In this document: positions 19,128 through 27,827 of the stretch, piece after piece
How the letters are laid out: each line of letters opens with the position of its first letter
Position numbering within the stretch: position 1 is the first letter of the stretch
Assembly: GCA_017853785.1 (NCBI GenBank)
Contig: JAFMIX010000003.1
Coordinates: 1 to 35,445, forward strand
DNA length: 35,445 nucleotides
Direction of reading: 5' to 3'
Origin: Verrucomicrobiales bacterium
Lineage (GTDB): Bacteria; Verrucomicrobiota; Verrucomicrobiia; Limisphaerales; JAFMIX01
Position numbers and translations under genes: made by a program
Notes under the pieces: model-generated
What the model was told of the DNA's origin: nothing
Seen by the model: the letters and a program-made list of their open reading frames with translations, nothing else
Database searches by the model: none

Positions 19128-20270
19128 ATGTTATATTATTTGAGCCATTATCTTTTGAACGCGGCCCACGGCACGGAGTGGGCGGCGGCGCTCTCGCCGT
19201 TGCGCGTGTTCAAATACATCACGTTCCGCAGTGCGGGCGCGGCGGTGACGGCGCTGGTGTTGAGCTGGCTGTTCGCGCCGCGGATGATTGCGTGGCTCAA
19301 GCAGATAAAGTTCGGCCAGGAATACGCCGACAAGGCGGAGGGCGCGGGCGTGGCGCACGCGACGGTGAAACGCGGCACGCCGACGATGGGCGGGTTGTTG
19401 ATCGTCTCGACGCTGACGATCTCGACGTTGCTGTGGGCGGACTGGAATCCGCTGGTGGCCTTGACGCTGCTGGCGTTGGTGACGTTCTGCGGGCTGGGCT
19501 TCCACGATGACTACACAAAAATCGCGCAAGGCAATGCCCGTGGTGCCACGTCCGTGGTGAAACTGGTTGTGCAGACGACTTTGGCCTTGGGCATCGGCAT
19601 TTATCTGTGGCTCGTGCCGGCGACGAGCAAGCTGGTTACGGACATCATGGTGCCGTTCTACAAGCATCCCGTGGTGACGGGTGCGGTCGGGCTGGGCCTG
19701 TTGCTGATCGTGCTGACCATCGTGGGCAGTTCCAACGCGGTGAACCTCACGGACGGGCTGGACGGATTGGCGATCGGCTGTACGCTGATCGTTTCGTTCG
19801 CGCTGCTGGTGTTGACGTATCTCGCGGGGAATTTCAAGACGGCGAGCTACCTGCAGATTCCGTTCGTGCCGGGCGCGGACGAATTGACGGTGTTTTGCGC
19901 GGCGCTCATCGGCGCAGGGTTGGGCTTTCTTTGGTATAACTGCCATCCGGCGCAGGTGTTCATGGGTGACACGGGGTCGCTCGCGCTCGGTGGTGCGCTC
20001 GGCGTGATAGCGGTCCTGATCCATCAGCCGTTTGTGTTGTTCATCGCCGGCGGGGTGTTCGTGCTGGAGGCCGCCTCCGTGATGCTGCAGACGGGGTGGT
20101 TCAAATTCACCCGCAAACGCTATGGCATCGGGCGGCGGATTTTTCTGATGGCTCCGCTGCATCATCATTTCCAAAAAAAGAGCTGGCACGAGACGCAGGT
20201 CGTGATCCGGTTTTACATCCTGTGCATTTTGTTCGTAGTGCTCGCGCTGAGCACTCTGAAAATCCGCTGA
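19128..20270 (+). CDS. mraY: Phospho-N-acetylmuramoyl-pentapeptide transferase
   Basis: GTPTMGG, GFHDDY.K, SNAVNLTDGLDGLA, FMGDTGSLALG, MAPLHHHF. Confidence 0.98.
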   Translation: MLYYLSHYLLNAAHGTEWAAALSPLRVFKYITFRSAGAAVTALVLSWLFAPRMIAWLKQIKFGQEYADKAEGAGVAHATVKRGTPTMGGLLIVSTLTISTLLWADWNPLVALTLLALVTFCGLGFHDDYTKIAQGNARGATSVVKLVVQTTLALGIGIYLWLVPATSKLVTDIMVPFYKHPVVTGAVGLGLLLIVLTIVGSSNAVNLTDGLDGLAIGCTLIVSFALLVLTYLAGNFKTASYLQIPFVPGADELTVFCAALIGAGLGFLWYNCHPAQVFMGDTGSLALGGALGVIAVLIHQPFVLFIAGGVFVLEAASVMLQTGWFKFTRKRYGIGRRIFLMAPLHHHFQKKSWHETQVVIRFYILCILFVVLALSTLKIR

Positions 20271-20275
20271 TCGCC

Positions 20276-20617
20276 ATGCCCATTTTACGACCCGACAAAA
20301 ACCTGATGCCCGGTGCGCCCCGCCGCGGGAAATCAGCGTTACCCCGGCGTGCTTTTACTCCTTGCGCCACCCCGGGTTCGTTGCTAAAAACACTGCGAGC
20401 AGCGGCGAAAAATTCAGGCGACAACAGCAAGGCGATTTCACTTTCACCGACTGACTTCGGCTTCGACCAGATACGGAACGGCAACCACCTGGGCGGGGCA
20501 TTTTTACCCGATGACAATTTAGTCCGCCGGGGAATTTTCCGAGGAAAAAATTCCCAGGCGGACTCAGACTCAACACAACCAACAACCACCTCAAAGAAAG
20601 GACGCAATCAGCGTTAA
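20276..20617 (+). pseudogene. Probable degenerate remnant of murD 3' end (113-codon ORF)
   Basis: In the canonical murD slot. FTPC..GSLLKTLRAAAKN...ISLSPTDFGFDQIRNGNHLGGAF resembles the MurD C-terminal VLLSPACASFDQF.NY..RG..F motif. Confidence 0.6.
20521..20564 (+). other. Hairpin upstream of LysM gene
   Basis: AGTCCGCC.GGGAATTTT pairs with AAAATTCCC.GGCGGACT. Confidence 0.55.
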
Positions 20618-20621
20618 GCAA

Positions 20622-21416
20622 ATGAAGCAACCGAATCCGTTCAACTCGCCTCAAACCCCACAGGACCGTCTCAACCAAAGCCGCACCCGCCTGCGCCTCG
20701 CCGTTTTCGGCGCGCTCGCGTTATGCCTGCTGGTGCTCGTGCCGCTGCTCGTTCAGGGATGCAAGCGCGAAGAGCCCCCTGCGCCGCCGGTTGACTCCGG
20801 TTTTCCGCCGCTGGTCACGGACACCAATCTGCCGCCGCTCGATTCGGCACACACCAACGTCACGTTGCCGCCCATCAGCTTCCCGCCGATGACCAACCCG
20901 GCCATTCCGCCCGTCGCACCTATCACCCCCGAAGTCCCGCCTGTGACCCCGGTCGCCGCCGATGGCGAATACACCGTGGCCAAAGGTGATTCCTTCTACA
21001 CCATCGGCCAGAAGCACGGTGTGTCCATCAAGGCCATCAGCGAGGCCAACCCCGGCGTGGATTCCACCAAGCTCAAGATCGGCCAGAAGCTGATCCTCCC
21101 CGCGCCCACCGCCGCCGCCCCGACCGCCACCCCCGGCGCTCCCTTCGCGGATGTCGCCAGCGGTGACAAGACCTACACCGTGAAGTCCGGCGACACGCTC
21201 ACCCGCATCGCCAAGACGCAGGGAGCGACGGTCAAGGCCATCAAGGCCGCGAACAACCTGACCACCGACCGCATCAAGGTCGGCCAGAAGCTGAAGATTC
21301 CCGGCAAGGCTGCGGCTGCCGCGCCCCTCCCTGTGACGGAACCGGCCCCGACCATCGTGCCGCCGCCGGCCCCGGAAACCGCGCCGGCTTTGCCGCCGCT
21401 CGCAGCCCCGAGATGA
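20622..21416 (+). CDS. Membrane-anchored protein with two LysM peptidoglycan-binding domains
   Basis: TM ending in LLVQGC, Pro-rich linker, YTVAKGDSFYTIG...KLKIGQKLILP and YTVKSGDTLTRIA...RIKVGQKLKIP. Confidence 0.93.
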   Translation: MKQPNPFNSPQTPQDRLNQSRTRLRLAVFGALALCLLVLVPLLVQGCKREEPPAPPVDSGFPPLVTDTNLPPLDSAHTNVTLPPISFPPMTNPAIPPVAPITPEVPPVTPVAADGEYTVAKGDSFYTIGQKHGVSIKAISEANPGVDSTKLKIGQKLILPAPTAAAPTATPGAPFADVASGDKTYTVKSGDTLTRIAKTQGATVKAIKAANNLTTDRIKVGQKLKIPGKAAAAAPLPVTEPAPTIVPPPAPETAPALPPLAAPR

Positions 21417-21440
21417 TAGATTAAATAGTAAACATTCCAT

Positions 21441-21473
21441 CCCGGACGCCGGCTCCCCTCCCCGGCGTCCGGG
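21441..21473 (+). other. Perfect 12-bp GC stem-loop between LysM gene and ftsW (no U-tract; possible mRNA stabiliser/processing site)
   Basis: CCCGGACGCCGG (21441-21452) / CCGGCGTCCGGG (21462-21473). Confidence 0.65.
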
Positions 21474-21488
21474 GCAGCGACAGGTCGA

Positions 21489-22640
21489 ATGAAATTGGCC
21501 GTCAATACTTTGGTTTTATGTGTGTGCGCACTCCTTGCCCTGGGGATGGTGATGCTTTACAGTGCGAGCATGGCCGATGAGGTGCGCAACCGGCAGGTGG
21601 GCGCTCACTACCTCATGGCGCAACTCGTCTGGTGCACGCTCGGTTTGGTCGGCGGCTGCGTCGTGGCGCTGCTTGACTACCGCACGCTGAAAAAAATCAC
21701 CCTTCCGCTGCTGCTGCTCGCCCTGTTTCTCCTGCTGCTGGTGCTGATTCCGCACATCGGCCTCAAGGTCAACGGGGCGCGCCGCTGGCTCGGCTTCCAC
21801 AGCATCCGCTTCCAGCCTTCTGAGCTGGCGAAGCTGGCCCTCATCGTCTTCCTCGCGTGGTATGGCGAGCGGTATCAGCGCCAGATGCACACCTGGATGC
21901 AGGGAATTGTCATTCCCGGTGCGTTCATCGGGGCGACGCTCCTGCTAATCTTCGTCGAACCGGACCGCGGTTCCACCATCCTGCTCGCGGCGGTGAGCGC
22001 CGCGATGTTGCTGCTCGCGGGCGTGCGCTGGAAATACTTCGTGCCGCCGGTGCTGGCCGGCGTGGCGGCGCTGGCACTTTCCATCTGGCATGACCCGATG
22101 CGCATGAAGCGCATCTTCAGCTGGCTTGATCTCGAGCAGACCAAGTCCGGCGTCGGCTACCAGGCGTATCAGGCGATGCTCGCGCTGGGGGCGGGCGGTT
22201 GGACCGGTCTCGGGCTTGGCAACGGCCGCCAGAAACTCGGCTTCGTGCCGGAACATCATACGGATTTCATTCTCTCCATCATCGGCGAGGAACTCGGCTT
22301 CGTGGCCACCTTTGCCGTCATCGTCGGCTTCATCCTCATCGTTGTGAGCGGACTTTACATCGCCCGGCACGCGCGCGACACCTTCGGGCTGTTGCTCGGG
22401 GCGGGCCTCACAATCCTCATCGGCCTCCAAGCCTTCATCAACATCGCCGTGGTCACCAGCGTCTTTCCGAACAAAGGGCTGCCCCTGCCGTTCATCAGTT
22501 ACGGCGGCTCGAATCTCCTGATGATGCTCGTGTGCGTCGGCTGCTTGCTGAGCATTGCCCGGCAGGCGCGCGAACCGGCGGCTGTGCCGGACCGCGCGGT
22601 TGAAACCGACGAATTCCCCGGCCTCCAAACGGCGCCATGA
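21489..22640 (+). CDS. ftsW: SEDS peptidoglycan polymerase FtsW
   Basis: NGARRW, FQPSELAK, EPD.G, GYQ, PEHHTDFI, EELGF, KGLPLPFISYGGS. Confidence 0.96.
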   Translation: MKLAVNTLVLCVCALLALGMVMLYSASMADEVRNRQVGAHYLMAQLVWCTLGLVGGCVVALLDYRTLKKITLPLLLLALFLLLLVLIPHIGLKVNGARRWLGFHSIRFQPSELAKLALIVFLAWYGERYQRQMHTWMQGIVIPGAFIGATLLLIFVEPDRGSTILLAAVSAAMLLLAGVRWKYFVPPVLAGVAALALSIWHDPMRMKRIFSWLDLEQTKSGVGYQAYQAMLALGAGGWTGLGLGNGRQKLGFVPEHHTDFILSIIGEELGFVATFAVIVGFILIVVSGLYIARHARDTFGLLLGAGLTILIGLQAFINIAVVTSVFPNKGLPLPFISYGGSNLLMMLVCVGCLLSIARQAREPAAVPDRAVETDEFPGLQTAP

Positions 22641-23758
22641 AATCGCCCGCCGCCACCAGCCCCCGCATCGCCATCGCCTGTGGCGGCACCGGCGGCCACC
22701 TCTTCCCCGGCATCGCCATCGGGGCGGAACTGCTCCAGCGCGGTGGCGCGGTCACGTTGCTCATCTCCCCCAAGGACGTGGATCAGCAGGCCGTGCGCAG
22801 CGTTGGCGGCATGGAAGTCGTCACGCTGCCGGCGGTGGCGTTGCAGGACGGCAATTATTTTTCGTTCGCCCGCAGTTTCTGGCAGGCGCGGGGCGCGGCC
22901 CTGAAACATTTCGCCGCCCAGCCGCCGCAGGCCGTGCTCGCGATGGGCGGCTTCACCGCCGCGCCGCCGGTGTTCGCCGCGAAAAAGTTCCGCGCCAAAA
23001 CCTTCCTCCACGAGTCCAACACCATCCCCGGTCGCGCCAACCGCTTCCTCGCCCGCCGTGTGGATGCGGCCTTCGTCGGTTTCCCCGAGGCCGCCCACCA
23101 GTTGCGCGCCCGCGACATCATGGTCGTCGGCACGCCCGTGCGGCCGCAGTTCGCACCGTCGCCGTTTCCGGAAATGCCGACCTCGATCTACCGCACGTCG
23201 CTCGGGCTCGATCCGGCCCGGCCCGTGGTGTTCGTCACCGGCGGCAGCCAGGGCGCGACCGGCTTGAACGATCTCATCCTCGCCGCGCTGCCCGCGCTGG
23301 CCGACCGGGCGGACGTCTGGCAATGGCTGCATCTCACCGGTCCGCGCGATGTCGAGCGGGTCAAAGCCGCCTACGCCGCGCACGGTTGCAAGGCGGTGGT
23401 GCAACCGTTCCTCGTGGAGATGGAAGCCGCTTTCCACGCCGCCACCGCCGTTGTCAGCCGCGCGGGGGCCTCGTCGCTCGCGGAGATCGCGGCGATGAAA
23501 CTTCCCGCGTTGCTTGTGCCACTGCCGACGGCGGCGGACGACCACCAACGCCACAACGCCCGGGCGTTCGCGACTGCGGGCGCGGCGCGCGTGTTGGAGC
23601 AGGCGGCCGCCACGCCGGAAAAGACCGCCGCGCTGCTGCGCGAGTTGATGGAAGCCCCGGCAGCGCGGACGGAAATACAAGTGGCACTGGCGAAACAGCA
23701 CACGCCGACAGCGGCGGCCCGGATCGCGGAAAACATCTTAAACGCTTTGAAGTCTTGA
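22637..23758 (+). CDS. murG: Undecaprenyldiphospho-muramoylpentapeptide beta-N-acetylglucosaminyltransferase
   Basis: GGTGGHLFPG, HESNTIPGRAN, GGSQGA, SRAGASSLAE, HQRHNA. Confidence 0.97.
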   Translation: MKSPAATSPRIAIACGGTGGHLFPGIAIGAELLQRGGAVTLLISPKDVDQQAVRSVGGMEVVTLPAVALQDGNYFSFARSFWQARGAALKHFAAQPPQAVLAMGGFTAAPPVFAAKKFRAKTFLHESNTIPGRANRFLARRVDAAFVGFPEAAHQLRARDIMVVGTPVRPQFAPSPFPEMPTSIYRTSLGLDPARPVVFVTGGSQGATGLNDLILAALPALADRADVWQWLHLTGPRDVERVKAAYAAHGCKAVVQPFLVEMEAAFHAATAVVSRAGASSLAEIAAMKLPALLVPLPTAADDHQRHNARAFATAGAARVLEQAAATPEKTAALLRELMEAPAARTEIQVALAKQHTPTAAARIAENILNALKS

Positions 23759-23760
23759 GT

Positions 23761-24687
23761 ATGAACGCCACCTTGCAATCCTCTGACCTTGCTGCGGAAC
23801 TCGCGGCGCGCGTCACGGCAGCGACGGTCATCCGGCGCGACGAGCCGTTGGCCAAGCGCACGACGATGCGCGTAGGCGGGCCGGCGCATATCCTGGTCGA
23901 GCCGGCTTCAGACGAAGACCTGGCGGCGGTGGTGCGGTTCTGCGGCGAGCAGCGGCAGGAATTTTTCGTGCTGGGCCGCGGTTCGAATCTGCTCGTGCGC
24001 GACGGCGGTTTTCGCGGTGTGGTGATTTCGCTGGCGGCGGCGCATTTCAGCAGGGTGACGGTGGATGGGGAGCGCTTGCGTTGCGGCGCGGGGGCGAAGT
24101 TGAAGGAAGTGGCGGCTGCGGCGAAACGCGCGAGCCTCGGCGGATTGGAATTTCTGGAAGGCATTCCCGGCAGTGTCGGCGGCGCGTTGCGGATGAACGC
24201 GGGCGCGATGGGCGGGGCGACGTTTGATTTTGTGGAGTCGGTGCGCGTCATGGATCGGAGCGGGCTGATCGGCGAACTTTCCCGGCGCGCCATCGCGGTG
24301 GAGTATCGCTCGTGCCGTTTGTTCCAGACGCATCTGGCGCTGGGTTGTGTATTCCACGGCGTGCCCGCGCCGCGCGAGGCGATCGAAGCGAAGCTGAACG
24401 AATTCAACCGCAAGCGCTGGGAAGCGCAGCCGGCCAAGCCGAGCGCGGGTTGCACTTTCAAGAACCCCGCGACGATTCCGGCAGGCAAGCTGGTGGACGA
24501 ACTCGGGCTGAAAGGCGCGCACGTCGGTGGCGCGCGGGTCTCGCAGGAACACGGCAATTTCATCGTGAACGACGGTCGGGCGACTGCGGCGGACGTGTTG
24601 CGGTTGATCGAGGTCATCCGGCAGCACGCGCGGGCGGAACGAGGAATCGAACTGGAGACGGAGGTGGAGATCATCGGTGAAGACTAA
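23761..24687 (+). CDS. murB: UDP-N-acetylmuramate dehydrogenase
   Basis: TTMRVGGPA, GRGSNLL, GIPGSVGGALRMNAGA, SAGCTFKNP, HGNFIVN, LETEV. ATG 2 nt after the murG stop. Confidence 0.96.
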   Translation: MNATLQSSDLAAELAARVTAATVIRRDEPLAKRTTMRVGGPAHILVEPASDEDLAAVVRFCGEQRQEFFVLGRGSNLLVRDGGFRGVVISLAAAHFSRVTVDGERLRCGAGAKLKEVAAAAKRASLGGLEFLEGIPGSVGGALRMNAGAMGGATFDFVESVRVMDRSGLIGELSRRAIAVEYRSCRLFQTHLALGCVFHGVPAPREAIEAKLNEFNRKRWEAQPAKPSAGCTFKNPATIPAGKLVDELGLKGAHVGGARVSQEHGNFIVNDGRATAADVLRLIEVIRQHARAERGIELETEVEIIGED

Positions 24688-24712
24688 ACCATCCAAAAGA
24701 AAGGCGACCGAA

Positions 24713-25615
24713 ATGAAAATCACTGTGATGTTGGGCGGGCCGAGTGCGGAGCGGGAAGTGTCCTTGCGTTCCGGAGCGGCGGTGGCGGACGCGTTGGTTT
24801 CGCGCGGTTATGATGTCGAGGAACTGGATCCGGCCGGGGACGACTGGACGTTACCGCCGGACACCGATGTGGTGTTCCTCGCGCTGCACGGCACCTATGG
24901 CGAGGACGGCACCGTGCAGCGGGCGTTGGATGAGCAGGGCGTGCCTTACACCGGCTGCGGTGCGGAGGCAAGCCGCATCGGGTTCGACAAGATTTTGAGC
25001 AAGCGCGCGTTTCTTACGGCGGGCGTGCCGACGGCGAAGTTCGCGGTGATCAATTCGGTGGCCGCGCCGTGGCCGGCGGGCTGGGAATTGCCGGTGGTGC
25101 TGAAGCCGGCGTGCCAGGGTTCGAGCGTGGGGCTGCATTTCGTGGAGTGCGCGCAGGAATGGCGTGGCGCCTTGGCGGAAAGTTTCCGCTATGGTTCGCC
25201 CGTTTTGCTCGAAGAAAAAATTTGCGGACGGGAGACGACTGTTGGCATCCTTGACGGCGTGGCGCTGCCCGTGGTCGAGATCCGGCCCCGGAGCGGCGCT
25301 TATGATTATCGGTCCAAATACACCACCGGCGCGTCGGAATATTTTTGCCCGGCGGATTTCGATGCGGCGACGACGCAGCGGATCCAGGCGGCCGCGCTCG
25401 CGGCGTTTCACGCCATCGGCGGGCGGGATTATAGCCGGGTGGACGTGATGGTGACGCCGGCTGGCGAGCCGGTCGTGTTGGAGGTGAATACTCTGCCGGG
25501 CATGACGGCGACGAGCCTGTTGCCTAAAGCGGCCGCGGCGGCGGGGCTGAAATTTCCGCTGCTGTGCGAGCGCATGGTGGAACTGGCATTGCAGCGCGCA
25601 CCGGTGGCGGCGTGA
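24713..25615 (+). CDS. ddl: D-alanine--D-alanine ligase
   Basis: GGPSAEREVSL, LHGTYGEDG, GSSVG, YDYRSKY, EVNTLPG. Alternative GTG start 24677. Confidence 0.96.
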   Translation: MKITVMLGGPSAEREVSLRSGAAVADALVSRGYDVEELDPAGDDWTLPPDTDVVFLALHGTYGEDGTVQRALDEQGVPYTGCGAEASRIGFDKILSKRAFLTAGVPTAKFAVINSVAAPWPAGWELPVVLKPACQGSSVGLHFVECAQEWRGALAESFRYGSPVLLEEKICGRETTVGILDGVALPVVEIRPRSGAYDYRSKYTTGASEYFCPADFDAATTQRIQAAALAAFHAIGGRDYSRVDVMVTPAGEPVVLEVNTLPGMTATSLLPKAAAAAGLKFPLLCERMVELALQRAPVAA

Positions 25616-25627
25616 TGCGGATTTTTT

Positions 25628-26593
25628 ATGGCTTGGTTCAAACGAAAATATCAAAATCGGCGTCTGGATCGGCGCCGTGTCTTGTTGGACGTCAAACTGC
25701 GCGCCGACCAGGTGCGCGCCACCCGGATGCGCTGGGGCGCGATCGCGGTGACGGTCTCGGCGGGGACGATCTTCGGGCTGTATCTCGTCTGGCGCACGGG
25801 CGAATGGGCGGTGAATCATTTCCTGTATCAGAACAAGGATTTCGCCGTGCAGCAGATCGAGGTGCAGACCGACGGTGTGGTGGCGGTGGAACAATTGCGG
25901 CGCTGGGCCGGCGTGAAGGCGGGCGACAACCTGCTCGCGCTCGATCTCAGCCGCGTGAAGCGGGATCTTGAACTCGTGCCGCAGGTGAAGACCGCCGCCA
26001 TCGAGCGCGTGTTGCCCCGCACGTTGCGCATTCGGGTAACGGAACGCCAACCGCTCGCGCAGGCTTATGCGCCGCAGCCCCGGCCTGACGGGCGCGGCTA
26101 TGACATGAAGGTTTTCCAGGTGGACAACGAAGGCGCGGTGATGGCGCCGCTCGGGTTGCGGCAGCGGGCGACGCCGCTGGCGCAGGCGGGCGAGCAGTTG
26201 CCGACGCTCGCGGGGATCGACCCGATCAATCTGGCGAACGGCAAGAAGCTGGAGTCGCCACAGGTGCGGGCGGGGCTGGATTTGATCGTGGCGTTCGAGC
26301 GCTCGCCGATGGTGGGCTTGGCGGACTTGGCACGCATCGATATTTCTTCGCCGGGCGTGCTCATCGCGACAACGGGGCAGGGCAGCGAAGTCACTTTTGC
26401 GTTGACCGATTTTGAGCGGCAGTTGAAACGCTGGCGGCTGGTCCATGACCGGTGTCTGGCGGAGGGCAAAGGCATCGCCGCGCTCGATCTGGCCGTGCCC
26501 AGCAACATCCCGGCCCGCACCGTGGATGCCCGCGCCGTCGTCCCCATCGCGCCCAAAGCCAAACCCGCAACCTCCAGGAAACGCAATGTTTAA
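25628..26593 (+). CDS. ftsQ: Cell division protein FtsQ/DivIB
   Basis: Basic cytoplasmic N-terminus, TM, POTRA-like FAVQQIEV...NLLALDL...PQVKTAAIERVLPRTLRIRVTERQP; slot between ddl and ftsA. Confidence 0.88.
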   Translation: MAWFKRKYQNRRLDRRRVLLDVKLRADQVRATRMRWGAIAVTVSAGTIFGLYLVWRTGEWAVNHFLYQNKDFAVQQIEVQTDGVVAVEQLRRWAGVKAGDNLLALDLSRVKRDLELVPQVKTAAIERVLPRTLRIRVTERQPLAQAYAPQPRPDGRGYDMKVFQVDNEGAVMAPLGLRQRATPLAQAGEQLPTLAGIDPINLANGKKLESPQVRAGLDLIVAFERSPMVGLADLARIDISSPGVLIATTGQGSEVTFALTDFERQLKRWRLVHDRCLAEGKGIAALDLAVPSNIPARTVDARAVVPIAPKAKPATSRKRNV

Positions 26594-27815
26594 CCAACCT
26601 TCCGTCATCGTCGGTCTCGAGATCGGCACCTCGAAAGTCTGCGCGGTCGTCGGCGAACGCAACGCCGAGGGCGCGCTGAACATCATCGGCGTCGGTCAGG
26701 CGAAGTCCCGCGGCGTCCGCAAGGGCGAGATCACCGATGCCACCGCCGTGGAAGAAGATGTGCGCAACGCCATCGTCGAGGCCGAGCAGATGGCCAATGT
26801 CGAGATCCGGAGCGTGTATCTCGGCGTCAGCGGCGCGCACATCCGCGGCTTCAGCAACCGTGGCGTCCATCCGGTGGTTTCCGCGGACCGCGAGATCACC
26901 GCCGAGGACGTGCAGGACGTGGTGAAGAACGCGAAGGCGGTGAACGTGCCGCAGGAGAACCACATTCTGCACGCCATCCGCCAGCACTTTCTCGTGGACG
27001 GACAGGATCGCATCATCAATCCCGTCGGCATGCTGGGGGCGCGGCTTGAGGTGGATGTCCACGTCATTCATGGAAATTTCAACCGGCTCCAGAACGCAAT
27101 CCGCATCGTCAAAGGAATGCAGTTGGAGGTGGAGGACGTGGTGTTCAACGGGCTTGCAGCGTCGCTCGCCCTGCTGACCAAGGAGCAGAAAGAACTTGGC
27201 TCGCTCGTGATCGACCTGGGCGGCGGCACGACGGATTACGCGGTTTCGGCCGGGGGCATCATCCAGCACACCGGCGTGCTTGCGGTGGGCGGCGATCACG
27301 TCACGAACGACCTCGCCATCGGCTTGAAGATTGCGCTGGGTCGCGCGGAAGGTTTGAAGCTGGAGCACGGCGCGGCGTTGCCCGATGCGGCGGCGCGGGG
27401 CCAGACCATCACGATTCCCGGCGAGGTGGGCTTGCCGGCAAAGACGCTGAACCTCGATCACCTGCGGCGCATAATGCACCTGCGGCTCGAGGAGATATTT
27501 AATTTGATCGGTCAGGATTTGGAGCGGGCGGATATGCTCGGTCATCTGCGCGGCGGCATTTTTCTCTGCGGCGGCGGCGCGCACATTCCGGGGATTGCCA
27601 AACTGGCGCAGGATATTTTCGGACTGCACGTTTCCGTGGGCAAGACTAACACCATCAGCAGCCTTAAGTCCGCGCTGGACCAGCCGGAGTTTGCGGCTCC
27701 GATCGGGCTGGTGAAATTCGGCTCGTTGCGCGCGCGGCAGCGGCCCAAGCCGAGTTTGCTGCCGTTTGAATTGGGCAAGACGTTCGATCGCCTCTTCAGC
27801 CGCATCGGTGCTTAA
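26586..27815 (+). CDS. ftsA: Cell division protein FtsA
   Basis: GLEIGTSKV, GVRKGEI, DLGGGTTD, GGDHVTNDL, CGGGA, C-terminal amphipathic FDRLFSRI. Confidence 0.96.
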   Translation: MFNQPSVIVGLEIGTSKVCAVVGERNAEGALNIIGVGQAKSRGVRKGEITDATAVEEDVRNAIVEAEQMANVEIRSVYLGVSGAHIRGFSNRGVHPVVSADREITAEDVQDVVKNAKAVNVPQENHILHAIRQHFLVDGQDRIINPVGMLGARLEVDVHVIHGNFNRLQNAIRIVKGMQLEVEDVVFNGLAASLALLTKEQKELGSLVIDLGGGTTDYAVSAGGIIQHTGVLAVGGDHVTNDLAIGLKIALGRAEGLKLEHGAALPDAAARGQTITIPGEVGLPAKTLNLDHLRRIMHLRLEEIFNLIGQDLERADMLGHLRGGIFLCGGGAHIPGIAKLAQDIFGLHVSVGKTNTISSLKSALDQPEFAAPIGLVKFGSLRARQRPKPSLLPFELGKTFDRLFSRIGA

Positions 27816-27827
27816 CCCCACAAAACC

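Noticed and set aside
22555-24687. 710-aa ORF as a MurC-MurB or other fusion
   Set aside because: The N-terminal 402 codons are an Arg-rich off-frame shadow of murG with no Mur ligase motifs; murB starts at 23761.
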